Source of the DNA: Candidatus Bathyarchaeia archaeon
GTDB taxonomy: Archaea; Thermoproteota; Bathyarchaeia; 40CM-2-53-6
Length of the DNA stretch: 64,000 nt
Reading direction: 5' to 3'
Assembly: GCA_049513715.1 (NCBI GenBank)
Contig: JBEKVV010000001.1
Coordinates: 576,001-640,000 of the forward strand
Made by a program: the position numbers and the translations under genes. Below the pieces are notes generated by a model. The model was not told the origin of the DNA. It did no database searches and worked only from the letters and a program-made list of their open reading frames with translations. Of this stretch, positions 39,037 to 48,428 are shown piece by piece; positions within the stretch are counted from its first letter, which is position 1, and each line of letters begins with the position of its first letter.

Positions 39037-40383
39037 TCATAGAGGGTCTCCGCGGGGATTTGTGGCAGGTGTGCCGCAATTCATGCAAATGAGGTCTGTC
39101 CATGGGAATTCTGCGCCGCAATACTGGCACTTATTTCTAATCTCATTTCTGGATTGAGCTGGAGAGAGGGCAATGAATCCATCCAATTCCTGAGGCTCAA
39201 ACATTGACACGTCTGTCGCGATGCGAAACTGCGAATAACCAATTGCCCCTGCATACAGGTCATAGACACCGGGAGCAACGTCTAGAGAATAGCGGCCCTT
39301 ATCTCTGGAGGACAAATAGCAAGCGGACATGACCTTTCTGCCGGTTGACTGATGCGTTGAAGGGACCGCCGCGGTACCGCTTGCTATGACAACCGCCGGC
39401 AGGGTCAGCGGATTGCCTTTCGATAGATACAATGTCCCTGACAGACTCCAAGTCACATATTCCCCCTTGACCGCGATAGGGTGAAAATCAAATTGGGATG
39501 CTGGGGGGGTCGCCCCGACGACTGATATCTCATCGCTGCCGTAGAACCGGTAGGTTCCTGCTATTTTGGGAGCGACCACGTCCGAAAGCCTGAAACTGAA
39601 CCATCCCCCTTTCAATGAAGACTGAGCCTCGGGGAATCTGAGTGTGGTCTTCACAACCCAGAATCTTGGGTAGTTCGGATCGTTCTCTGGGTTCACTGTA
39701 ACCATTATGTCGCCTGCAGAAACCAGCAAATCCGTATGGATCTCTTCAGCGGGATTGTTCGCCGCCGCTGTCAAGTCAAAGTCCCGCGGAATGTAGACGG
39801 TTATGACCTCGTCTCCGTGAAGAACCTGATGAGGCCTAACCGCCACCAGCACTCTAACTTTGTTCTGGTGGTCGTCCGTAGATGTCAGAACCTCTGTTCC
39901 TTCAATCGGATACCGTGAGTCTTGATGAGCGCGGTAACCCCAAGGTTGAGGTGAAATCGCAACGACCCCATACGTTTGAAGGGCGGCCTCGGCTGTGAAT
40001 TCTGCTGCAATTTCAGCAAGCAACTTCCGCAACTCAACAGTATTTGATTTGGAAAACCTATGGTACTTACAAACCAGAGGAAGAATTCCCTTGACTTTAG
40101 AGACCGCTTCCTCAACCAGGCCATAGATCGGCTTTCTATCTCCAAACGCCATGTAAGCCATACCGAGCTCGTTCTGAATCCAATCGCTCTCATCTGAAGT
40201 AATCACTGCCAAGAACCCGTTAGATGCCTGTATCCTGTTCACTATGACAGGGAGCGGGGGGGTCTTGGAAATCTCTTGGGCAATAATGCACTCGATCCCA
40301 TGAACGCTCAACTCGCTTCTGATGACCTCCACCAACAATTCATCCCCCTTGGCGAAGCTTATCGAAAGAAACAGTTTGCCCAG
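39037..40383 (-). CDS. TIR-domain protein fused to beta-sandwich domains and a C-terminal zinc ribbon; apparent CTG start
   Basis: KLFLSISF upstream in frame; IQASNGFLAVIT..SDWIQNELGMA; VAPGVYDLYA; CQYCG..CMNCG. Confidence 0.7.
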   Translation of the reverse strand: MGKLFLSISFAKGDELLVEVIRSELSVHGIECIIAQEISKTPPLPVIVNRIQASNGFLAVITSDESDWIQNELGMAYMAFGDRKPIYGLVEEAVSKVKGILPLVCKYHRFSKSNTVELRKLLAEIAAEFTAEAALQTYGVVAISPQPWGYRAHQDSRYPIEGTEVLTSTDDHQNKVRVLVAVRPHQVLHGDEVITVYIPRDFDLTAAANNPAEEIHTDLLVSAGDIMVTVNPENDPNYPRFWVVKTTLRFPEAQSSLKGGWFSFRLSDVVAPKIAGTYRFYGSDEISVVGATPPASQFDFHPIAVKGEYVTWSLSGTLYLSKGNPLTLPAVVIASGTAAVPSTHQSTGRKVMSACYLSSRDKGRYSLDVAPGVYDLYAGAIGYSQFRIATDVSMFEPQELDGFIALSPAQSRNEIRNKCQYCGAEFPWTDLICMNCGTPATNPRGDPL

Positions 40384-40740
40384 AATTCAGCACCTGTCCG
40401 CCTCGGATTAGAGCATATTACCGCATAAGGGCGTTTGGGGGAACTCGAAGTTCACAGGTCGAGAGTGAGTTAAGAGTTTGGAGTATCTGGATTATCGCAG
40501 GAAAAGGTTGAGCCAGGCCGTGGGTTTTCGATGCCGATTGCCATTATATTATCTATGTCAATGGTTTCCATCGCGAGTTTTCTTTTCCCTGGCGTGTTCC
40601 CCAGCTCAGCAGAACAAGCAGGATGTCATCTCTGGAACGACCGTCGAGTATTTGTGACAGACCAAGTGTCTTGGCGGCTTCAAGATTGAGCAGGTCTATC
40701 CACTTTCTCGGGTCATTCCCAGCTCCAGCTTTCTCGAATG

Positions 40741-40769
40741 TGTGCGCACCACTAAGGGCACACACAAAT
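40741..40769 (+). repeat. Dispersed repeat copy (TGTGCGCACCACTA-N4-CACACACAAAT)
   Basis: Matches 42754-42784 and the reverse complement of 43966-43992. Confidence 0.7.
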
Positions 40770-41056
40770 GACCGCGGCAGGGATTCGAGAGATTGGTGAA
40801 AAGTTCTGGTTTGGACATGTTGGAAAAGAATCGAGTTCAGGCATTAACGTGAGCCGCATCATCGCGTGTGCACAATTACGTTCACAACCGAAAACTCCAC
40901 AAGGCAAGACAAGTCCTACTATGGACCGCAGGATAACGCGAATGGGTGTGAGCCACAATAGAACGATCTAAGAATTACCACCGGCCATCGCCAGAGTTTG
41001 ATCTTCTACGAGAGGGCGCTCGTGCATTTAGTCGATGCGACCCGGACAAAGTCGAA

Positions 41057-42091
41057 TTGCTGATTCAGTCGTGCTATGAGAATTTCTTGGAGCTCAATCT
41101 TCAACACCCTCGGCTATTCGCCAAAGCAAAAGAAGATCACCTTGATTCCCAGAGTCTCCTGAAACGAGTGCTGGTGATTGCAATTCCACCAAAAACCGAA
41201 ACCAAGTGGGGCCAGAAGATTCTCTGCCTATTTATGTCATTTCAATATGCGGTTGAGGCAGTCATCGTCGCGCACCTCGAAATGAGGAAAGCCTGGCAGA
41301 AGTCTCTCTCTCGAAAGCATTTTTGGGAGATTGTTGATGATTACCGCAGGCGACTGCTGGACCTTTTCGGAGAGGTTGGGTTTGATCGTTCCGACGTCCA
41401 TTTTTTCATTAAGGGAGACGAGGTTGTGTGGCCCGTTAATGTCTCTGAGGTAGAAGCTCTCGACTATGTCGACGCGAATCTGCAGGCTGGCTTATGGGCA
41501 AAACTCAATGACGTTTTTGGCCTTTTTACCGTTCAGGCCTATGAGGCGGCGGAGATTGTTCGAAATAAAGGCGCCTTGTTTAAGGCATTATTCGATGGAA
41601 TACCGACTCGGTTCTTTGCTTCAAGGAGAAGTGTCAAGAAAAGCACTAGCGTGCGCACTGAAGAACGCAATAAACTACCAAAAATCGGACTCGTTCTCGG
41701 TCGAATCACTACAACAAGTTATGTCAAAGACGTTCCAAGTAGTTGGAGCGTCCCATTCACATTCAGAAATCACGATAAAGATGTGTTAGGAAGAGTGAGC
41801 AAGTCCAAGATATCTGTCGTTGTCCGACCCTATGTTTCAGGAATCATTCCCGAACGACACGGATTCGGCCCTGGCGAACTCGACGACTTTCTCATTCCAC
41901 CAGGTCGCACGGTCGTTGGTGTAGCAAATATCGGCATTCAGCCTTTGTTTGCGAGAAACAATTGGGAGGACGAGTATAGTCAAGCTTTCAATACAGGTGA
42001 TCTCAAAATCAAACTGCAAATCAGTTACGTAATAAGTGACGAGTTTGGTAGGATCAAGAAAGCTAGAGAGCGTAGACTTCGCGTTTCTTAG
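41057..42091 (+). CDS. Hypothetical protein
   Basis: 344-aa ORF, frame open about 100 nt further upstream. Confidence 0.55.
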   Translation: MLIQSCYENFLELNLQHPRLFAKAKEDHLDSQSLLKRVLVIAIPPKTETKWGQKILCLFMSFQYAVEAVIVAHLEMRKAWQKSLSRKHFWEIVDDYRRRLLDLFGEVGFDRSDVHFFIKGDEVVWPVNVSEVEALDYVDANLQAGLWAKLNDVFGLFTVQAYEAAEIVRNKGALFKALFDGIPTRFFASRRSVKKSTSVRTEERNKLPKIGLVLGRITTTSYVKDVPSSWSVPFTFRNHDKDVLGRVSKSKISVVVRPYVSGIIPERHGFGPGELDDFLIPPGRTVVGVANIGIQPLFARNNWEDEYSQAFNTGDLKIKLQISYVISDEFGRIKKARERRLRVS

Positions 42092-42099
42092 TCACTGGT

Positions 42100-42717
42100 T
42101 CAAATACCTAAGTATCTCCGAACAAAATCTATGATGACCTCAGCTGCTGGCGGACCTAACCTTGTCGCCATTTCCTTCACCCTGTTCAAACGACTAGGTC
42201 TGAGAAGATCCTTACCTTTCTCCTTCTCAAGGAGACGGAGCTCTTCTTTGATGGTGGCAGTTTGGTCTTTTGAAACAATTCTATCCAAATAGTCTTCGAG
42301 GTCTTTCAGCGAATTTACGGTGGTCGTTTGGTTCTGAGTTATGATTCCTCCAGAAGCTATCTGCCCACCGCTCACAGGTCCATTGACATTAATGATGTTA
42401 AAGTTAACAGCGAGATTCCCGCGTGCACGTCCCTCAACCGCCTCAATCCCGAAACTTGTTAAGCCAAGTAGGTGCGACCATTTCTTCGTCGTTCCAATTG
42501 ATCCTGTGGACTGACCCTTTACTAGATTTGAATCGATTAAATATTCGATGTTGAACTCTGCTAGTTCTTCGCTTATGGCAAGAAGTTTAGCGTATTCTGA
42601 AGGTTTTGTAAGAATCTCAGCTCCCAGCTGTTTCTTGTTGTACAATTCCTCAAGAATCTTGGCTCTGATGTCCTGATTGCTCAGACCTGACAAAGCCCTT
42701 ATGCACTGGCCGTCCAT
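42100..42717 (-). CDS. Hypothetical protein with N-terminal winged-helix-like domain
   Basis: IRAKILEELY..NIEYLIDSNLV..LTSFGIEAVE. Confidence 0.65.
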   Translation of the reverse strand: MDGQCIRALSGLSNQDIRAKILEELYNKKQLGAEILTKPSEYAKLLAISEELAEFNIEYLIDSNLVKGQSTGSIGTTKKWSHLLGLTSFGIEAVEGRARGNLAVNFNIINVNGPVSGGQIASGGIITQNQTTTVNSLKDLEDYLDRIVSKDQTATIKEELRLLEKEKGKDLLRPSRLNRVKEMATRLGPPAAEVIIDFVRRYLGI

Positions 42718-42753
42718 CCTACGAGCTCAGATTTGAACCGCTTGGTGTGTTAT

Positions 42754-42820
42754 TGTGCGCACCACGATACCCACACACACAAATCAAAGCCTGAACGACC
42801 GTTGAAATTCCGTCCCCCGA
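42754..42820 (+). repeat. Dispersed repeat copy
   Basis: TGTGCGCACCACGATACCCACACACACAAAT..GCCTGAACGAC; inverted relative to 43936-44052. Confidence 0.7.
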
Positions 42821-42835
42821 GCGATGCCTCGACTT

Positions 42836-43120
42836 CTATTTCGTCAAGCCACCCTGCTTCCGGAGTCTCTCCACCAGTTCCCGGTATCGGGGGTCAGCCC
42901 TTGCCTTAGCGAAGAGAGGCGCGTGCATCACGGTTGAGGCAATTATCGTATGGGCTTCGAGCGCCTTGTTCATGTACTCGAAGTAGGAGTCGAGGTCTCC
43001 GAGGGCGTGGTAGACGTACGCAATGAAGTTGAAGCCGATCGGACCTATGTTGGCGGTCTCGATCTTCTTGATTGCGAGGAGCGCCCGTTCCCTGTCGCCT
43101 TCCAGAGCCGCGTTCAGCAA
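42836..43120 (-). pseudogene. C-terminal fragment of a TPR protein (adenylate cyclase/TolB-TPR type)
   Basis: AYVYHALGDLDSYFEYMNKA..ARADPRYRELVERL; N-terminal domains absent. Confidence 0.6.
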
Positions 43121-43423
43121 AATTAACCTCGCGAGCGCTTCCCATCAAGAAACGACTCAGTTCAGTCGCCTTCAGTTCGATAATAGTATCCCACTTCCAC
43201 CTGCGGCCCTTGTAGTTTACGCCTGAATTGAAGTGTTGACGGAGAAGATTGATGAACCGTTGCTTGCCTTCCGCTTCGAGAGATTCGCTAGACTACTTTC
43301 AAGGTCACATATTCAACCGTAGAGAGGCCTGGTAGGTGAGGCAGGCACGTTGACCCTCGCCTGCGAGATATATTCTGTATATTGGCAACCATTAAACCGA
43401 CTTGACGATTTGTACTCGGTTCT

Positions 43424-43624
43424 ATGAGCCACCATTGTAAATTGTGTCACCCACCTAAGATATTTCGATCAATCGACCGACTGCATGAACATCATTGGAC
43501 GACTCATCGACGATGGTGCTGCAATGTTTGTCATCATTTGAGTCGACTTCACTCAGGATTCCATGGCTGTGCAGTCTGTGGTTGCCGATACTCGAAGAAG
43601 CAGCAAGAGCGCCTTCGTGACTAG
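43424..43624 (+). CDS. Small C2H2/Cys-His-rich zinc-finger protein
   Basis: CKLC..F..L.EH...H, then CNVC and CAVC. Confidence 0.5.
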   Translation: MSHHCKLCHPPKIFRSIDRLHEHHWTTHRRWCCNVCHHLSRLHSGFHGCAVCGCRYSKKQQERLRD

Positions 43625-43696
43625 AACTCCTTCAGGGCGTCGGAAGTTGCTTATTCGAGTGTGAGTGCTATGTTGTATCTGAGAGGTGACTAATGT

Positions 43697-43813
43697 ATGG
43701 CAAAGCAAAGTAGGGGAGCTAAGAAAGCGTGGACGGCTGCTAGAGATAAGAAGGTGACGAAAGCACGCGAGAAGAAGAAAGAACGCAAAGCCGCCCTTTC
43801 CACGTATCAATAG
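43697..43813 (+). CDS. Small basic peptide, 38 aa
   Basis: GAGGTGA SD, then MAKQSRGAKKAWTAARDKKVTKAREKKKERKAALSTYQ. Confidence 0.45.
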   Translation: MAKQSRGAKKAWTAARDKKVTKAREKKKERKAALSTYQ

Positions 43814-43935
43814 GAACGCGCTGTTCTGACTTGAACCGTTTTTTCCGTTTCGGCAGACTCATTCTGAAAATGATGTGAATAACGGGTAACAGATCAAGAA
43901 GGGTAACGTAGCGGGACGCTTGTGAGGAGTATCAC

Positions 43936-44052
43936 TGGTGCGAGCATCGCAATTTGAACTACCAATTTTGTGTGTGTGGGTATAGTGGTGCGGGCAACAG
44001 AATTTGAACCATCGTCGTTCAGGCGTTATTTTGTGTGTGTGCGCACCACTAG
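43936..44052 (-). repeat. Tandem degenerate tRNA-3'-end-like units (att-like relics)
   Basis: Minus strand GG-TTCAAAT-TCTGT-TGCCCGC-A-CCA and AG-TTCAAAT-TGCGA-TGCTCGC-A-CCA, 50 nt apart. Confidence 0.6.
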
Positions 44053-44192
44053 ACCCGCCCTATCGGAAAAATACGAGTGAACAGTTGGGGTTTGGTGCTG
44101 TTTGTGGCTGAGTGGTTTGTGTAGTAGTGTTTAGTGGCGCGCGCAACTCCACTAGACGCAGCTGCATTTAGTCAATCTTTGGCAAAGTGAAA

Positions 44193-45719
44193 CTAGAGCT
44201 TTCGTTTGCGTGACTGGTTTGGAACGAAGCAAGCGATCAAGGCCACTGAATCTATGGCTGTGGCGATAGGAATCCACATCACAACTATGCTAGGATAGCT
44301 GGTTATCGGTGATTCGAACCCCATTCTTAGGGGTAATAGGATCAACGCCCCAACGATCAAGAAATAGGAGCAGACCAACGCCGCCAGCAGCCTCAGCCCG
44401 AGCACATCAGTCGGCCTTCCGATAATGAAAACCATCAAAGTGAGGATAGCACCGATGAGCAAAGGCGTTAGAGAGAGCATCCAAGCATTCACAGAATGCG
44501 GAAAAATCGAAGCCCACGGCACTATAGGAAGGTGAAGACTGAGACTTCTGAGAAGAAAGCCAAGGTCGCTGAAATAGCCATACACTACAAAATAGGAAAG
44601 CCCAGCAAAGCCCAACACTCCGAAACAAAACCGGTCGCGGCGTCTGACCAGTGTCCTCATGAAGTGGGCAACAAAGAATAACGAGCCGAAGGTAGCGAAA
44701 ATTGCAGGGGCAATTGCTATGAACGGAAACAAGACAAGCACGGCAGCAGACCAAATCGAGAAGAACGCAATGCCAGCTTTGCCAAAGATACATGTCTGAA
44801 ACTGAAGCCAATTCGCTTGTACAACGATTGCCACACGAATAACAGCAGCAACCGAAGAGGAGAGAGGAAGGAGTTGCTTGAGGACCACCTTAACTATTCT
44901 AGCGAACGTTTCAGAGCTGTTTGGCGCAGTGTCGTTTCTCACCTTCCAGGACTCCGCTTCGTAGATGATAGCGGGAGCAATTGCGGCGAAGAATAGAAAT
45001 TCTACATAAGCAACGTAGGGGGTAAGAACAGATGGCGTGCTCGGCTGACAGGCCAATATGCTCGCAGGCCAGATGCTGTAGTATATTCCTGTCAACATCA
45101 CGAGCCCATAAAGCAAGCCGTAATTTACAAAGACATGAATTAACTCCGTCCTATTGTTCGCCTCCCAGAAAAATGAGACCGATGGGAGTCTAATCTTCTT
45201 CCAAGCTCCATAGACTCGCACCCTGAGTCCATTCATCCGTTCATAGACTCTTACCAAGAGTCCATTCGTCAACGGGACAATTGCTATCAAAAAGATACCC
45301 AAAGCGGCGCCAAAAAGGAGTCCCTGCGCGGCATCGTTTAGGATTCCGTTTGCCAGCGATACAGTCGGTGGATAATCCCAGACAGAAATGCCCTGGATGC
45401 CGAGAAGGATTTCTTCTTTGGCTAGCGCGATCCAGTACACACCAACGAGACCACCGAAGAAAAGGAATCCTGAAGAAATCCACAGCGCTGTTCGTGCTGC
45501 AAATCGACCGATTTTTCCGATTCGTCGTGAGCGATACAAAAGTAGAAGTGGCATTTCAGGGACCAACGGAAGAGTCATCAGAGGTACGACCAGTACTGGA
45601 GGGAAGCCGAAATTGAACAACGAGAAAGAATAAGCGAATGGTGCGATTACGAACGCGAGATAAAGAACCAGGGAGACAGCGTAAAGCCAAAATTCACTGA
45701 GACGAAGCTGAATCCTCAT
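44193..45719 (-). CDS. Hypothetical polytopic membrane protein
   Basis: 508 aa with more than 10 hydrophobic helices. Confidence 0.65.
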   Translation of the reverse strand: MRIQLRLSEFWLYAVSLVLYLAFVIAPFAYSFSLFNFGFPPVLVVPLMTLPLVPEMPLLLLYRSRRIGKIGRFAARTALWISSGFLFFGGLVGVYWIALAKEEILLGIQGISVWDYPPTVSLANGILNDAAQGLLFGAALGIFLIAIVPLTNGLLVRVYERMNGLRVRVYGAWKKIRLPSVSFFWEANNRTELIHVFVNYGLLYGLVMLTGIYYSIWPASILACQPSTPSVLTPYVAYVEFLFFAAIAPAIIYEAESWKVRNDTAPNSSETFARIVKVVLKQLLPLSSSVAAVIRVAIVVQANWLQFQTCIFGKAGIAFFSIWSAAVLVLFPFIAIAPAIFATFGSLFFVAHFMRTLVRRRDRFCFGVLGFAGLSYFVVYGYFSDLGFLLRSLSLHLPIVPWASIFPHSVNAWMLSLTPLLIGAILTLMVFIIGRPTDVLGLRLLAALVCSYFLIVGALILLPLRMGFESPITSYPSIVVMWIPIATAIDSVALIACFVPNQSRKRKL

Positions 45720-45813
45720 AAGAACGGCATCTCAAAGCAAAGGAACACACCAGGGATAGTAACAGTTAGTTTTTTACCTGTAGAATGTAACCACAATATC
45801 GGTGTTTTGTCCA

Positions 45814-45909
45814 GTGGCACGATGTAATGGTATTACAGCAGACGGAACTCGCTGTAAGAAGAATGTAGCTGGGCGGAAAAAACTCTACTGCGAAGATCAC
45901 GGTGGCTAA
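45814..45909 (+). CDS. Micro zinc-finger protein (C3H type), 31 aa
   Basis: MARCNGITADGTRCKKNVAGRKKLYCEDHGG; GGTG SD. Confidence 0.45.
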   Translation: MARCNGITADGTRCKKNVAGRKKLYCEDHGG

Positions 45910-46423
45910 CGTCTCTCAGCTGTTTGAGACCTATCATTCACTTTCGGTCAACTCAGCCGGTTAACCTCGCCATTCTCACGTGCTAAGTTCGACCAAACCT
46001 GCAAAGCTTGCTTATGCAATGCCCGCATTGCTCCAAGCCAATGTATCTGCTAAGTCAGGCCCAACAATGGCGTTTGGAACGTTGGGTTGTGACTGAGAAA
46101 TTTGTCTGTTCCGATTGTCAGCTCATATCCACAAGAGAGGGGGACAAGATATGGATAACCGAGGGATTTTGACACCCACCCTCCCGGAAGGCCAATCCCT
46201 CGCATCCAAGGACGATGTAAGCAACACGCGCTTCCATGACATTATTGAAATGCTTGCGGAGCACTTATGAGAACGCAGACTAGGACCGGCCACGTTTTTC
46301 CATCTGATGGCAAAATGCCCCTCTGATGGTTCTCACTTTTCACGAGATTTAGACAGTATTCGCCGCTCATGCGGAAATCGTAAAAGACTGTCAGTTATAG
46401 AATCACAATCGCAAGCGGCGGAC

Positions 46424-47944
46424 ATGGGAAGGATTATCGGCCCATCGCGAGCGGTCATACTACTGTTCTTTCTGTTCGTCTTTATAGTGAACTCTTCCAA
46501 TTATCCGAAGGCAAAGGGGCAGTCGTCTTACAACCTGTCGATCACCGCTCAGACGTCTAGCACCGAGATGGGGTCCGCAGTTGACTTGAATGGGCAATTA
46601 ACTCCCTTGCCCCCTGTGCCCACCAATGTCTGCGTCCCGGCCTGCGTGAGGCTCCAATTGCAGGAGATGAACCTAGATTCACAAATCTGGAATGACCTCG
46701 AACAATACACTGAGATTTGTGGACCCGGCGTTACTGGTACAGGTTGTCAAGACTTCCATAGCGATGGAAGCTTTCGAATAGTCTGGACTCCGGATATGGC
46801 TGGCAAATTCATGGTAAGAACCAAGCTTGTTTCTTGGACCCTTGTTTGCAACGGTGGACAGATTTGCACATCGCAGCGGAACGTGCTGGCGACAAGCAAC
46901 GACCTGGGGTGGTTCGAAGTGCAACCAAGGTCTTTCGTCGGCATCCCAATCTACTCCAACTCGGAATGGAACATGGCCGTCGGGTTTGGTTGGGTTGGCC
47001 TATTCTTCGGTTCCATCGGTGTGCTGCTCTGGGCCGTAAGTAGACGACAAAATCCTTTTCGAAAAGAAACCGGTCCGAGCATGCGTGTTACGGCTAAACT
47101 CAAAAGCACTGACGATAGCCCGGACGATTTAGTTGGTGGTCTAACTGAAGTCAAGAAAGCTCTTGCTGAAGCAATTGAGCTGCCGCTAATGCGGCCAGAT
47201 CTCTTTGAGAGGTACCGTGTGGTGCCCCCTACCAAAGGACTGCTTCTGTACGGTCCACCCGGCTGCGGCAAGACACTTCTTGCAAAATCTATCGCGGCTA
47301 AAGGAAAGATAGCGTTCGTCTATTGTCGCTCCACAGACATATTCACGAAATACTACAGTGAAAGCGCCACGCGCGTAAGGGAGTTGTTTGAAAACGCACG
47401 GAAGAAGGCCCCGTGCGTGCTGTTCTTCGACGAGATTGATGCTCTCGTTCCAACTAGAGGCTATTCAGACGACGCGACAGCGCGAGAAGACGTCAGAGTA
47501 ACTAGCGAATTCCTCGCGCAGATGGATGGTCTTACTCCACTTGAGCGCGTGATCGTGATTGCTGCAACGAACCGTCCTGATGCCATAGACCCAGCCCTTA
47601 TGAGGCCAGGAAGATTCGATAGGATATTATACGTTCCACCTCCCGATTTGGAGGCACGCACTGCCATCTTGCGAAATAGTATGCATGGTGTACCGAAAAA
47701 TGATGACGTGAATCTCAATGAGATTGCCCGAAGTACTGATGGCTACTCTGGAGCGGACCTCGTAGCTCTTTGCCGCGAGGCCAAGATGCGCGCGATGAAA
47801 GCAGAAGTTGAAGGCTCACCGCGCCCTGTCATGCCAAGAGATTTCGCAGATGCTCTGACTGTTGTGAAACCTAGCATCTCGCAAGCAATGCTTGAGAAAT
47901 TTGAAGCTTTTGTGAACTCGTTTAGAAGGTACAGAGAGAGCTAG
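46424..47944 (+). CDS. Membrane-anchored single-domain AAA+ ATPase (Cdc48 D2-like) with an extracellular Cys-rich domain
   Basis: Signal-like N-terminus, TM helix, GPPGCGKT, FFDEID, ATNRPDAIDPALMRPGRFD. Confidence 0.88.
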   Translation: MGRIIGPSRAVILLFFLFVFIVNSSNYPKAKGQSSYNLSITAQTSSTEMGSAVDLNGQLTPLPPVPTNVCVPACVRLQLQEMNLDSQIWNDLEQYTEICGPGVTGTGCQDFHSDGSFRIVWTPDMAGKFMVRTKLVSWTLVCNGGQICTSQRNVLATSNDLGWFEVQPRSFVGIPIYSNSEWNMAVGFGWVGLFFGSIGVLLWAVSRRQNPFRKETGPSMRVTAKLKSTDDSPDDLVGGLTEVKKALAEAIELPLMRPDLFERYRVVPPTKGLLLYGPPGCGKTLLAKSIAAKGKIAFVYCRSTDIFTKYYSESATRVRELFENARKKAPCVLFFDEIDALVPTRGYSDDATAREDVRVTSEFLAQMDGLTPLERVIVIAATNRPDAIDPALMRPGRFDRILYVPPPDLEARTAILRNSMHGVPKNDDVNLNEIARSTDGYSGADLVALCREAKMRAMKAEVEGSPRPVMPRDFADALTVVKPSISQAMLEKFEAFVNSFRRYRES

Positions 47945-48118
47945 GAATTTAGGAATGAAAAATAAGTCATCGATCATTGCCTCAGCACGCGACCGGACCT
48001 GATGTCCATCGTTTTCTACACATACCTCTTTGTCAAGGCTGAATAACCGACTCTGCCCGATCAGGCATGCTTTATCTTGGCATTGATTTTCTTCCATTGC
48101 GGCAAGGCGTCCTACCAC

Positions 48119-48400
48119 TCAGTCTCCTTTTCCGCGACTAACGCTCTTTGCCCTCTCCGCTTCTTGCACGCAATTCCACCCCAATTCCTGTATTCGGGCG
48201 GTATGGGGATTCTCATTTTTCATGATGTTCAGAAGTGGTTGCGTTGCGGAGATCAAAGCGCTCTCCACCTGGTCAACATCACCGTCATAGGAAACAAAGC
48301 TTACTTCCAAGTTCTTGTCCGTGCTTGATTCTAGTGTTGATGCGTTCTTGTGGTTCAATGCCGTGACTGTCAAGGTTGCTAAAACGATTCCTGCAAACAA
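48119..48400 (-). CDS. Possible small secreted/hypothetical protein fragment
   Basis: Hydrophobic N-terminus only. Confidence 0.25.
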   Translation of the reverse strand: MFAGIVLATLTVTALNHKNASTLESSTDKNLEVSFVSYDGDVDQVESALISATQPLLNIMKNENPHTARIQELGWNCVQEAERAKSVSRGKGD

Positions 48401-48428
48401 GGTGGCGAATGTCTCAGAACGTTACGTT

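Noticed and set aside
43936..44010. Functional tRNA gene
   Set aside because: Only T-loop and acceptor 3' halves are present, with no matching 5' strand, D arm or anticodon arm
40741..44160. CRISPR array or integron attC sites
   Set aside because: Copies are irregularly spaced and in mixed orientation; no constant repeat-spacer period and no RYYYAAC..GTTRRRY boxes
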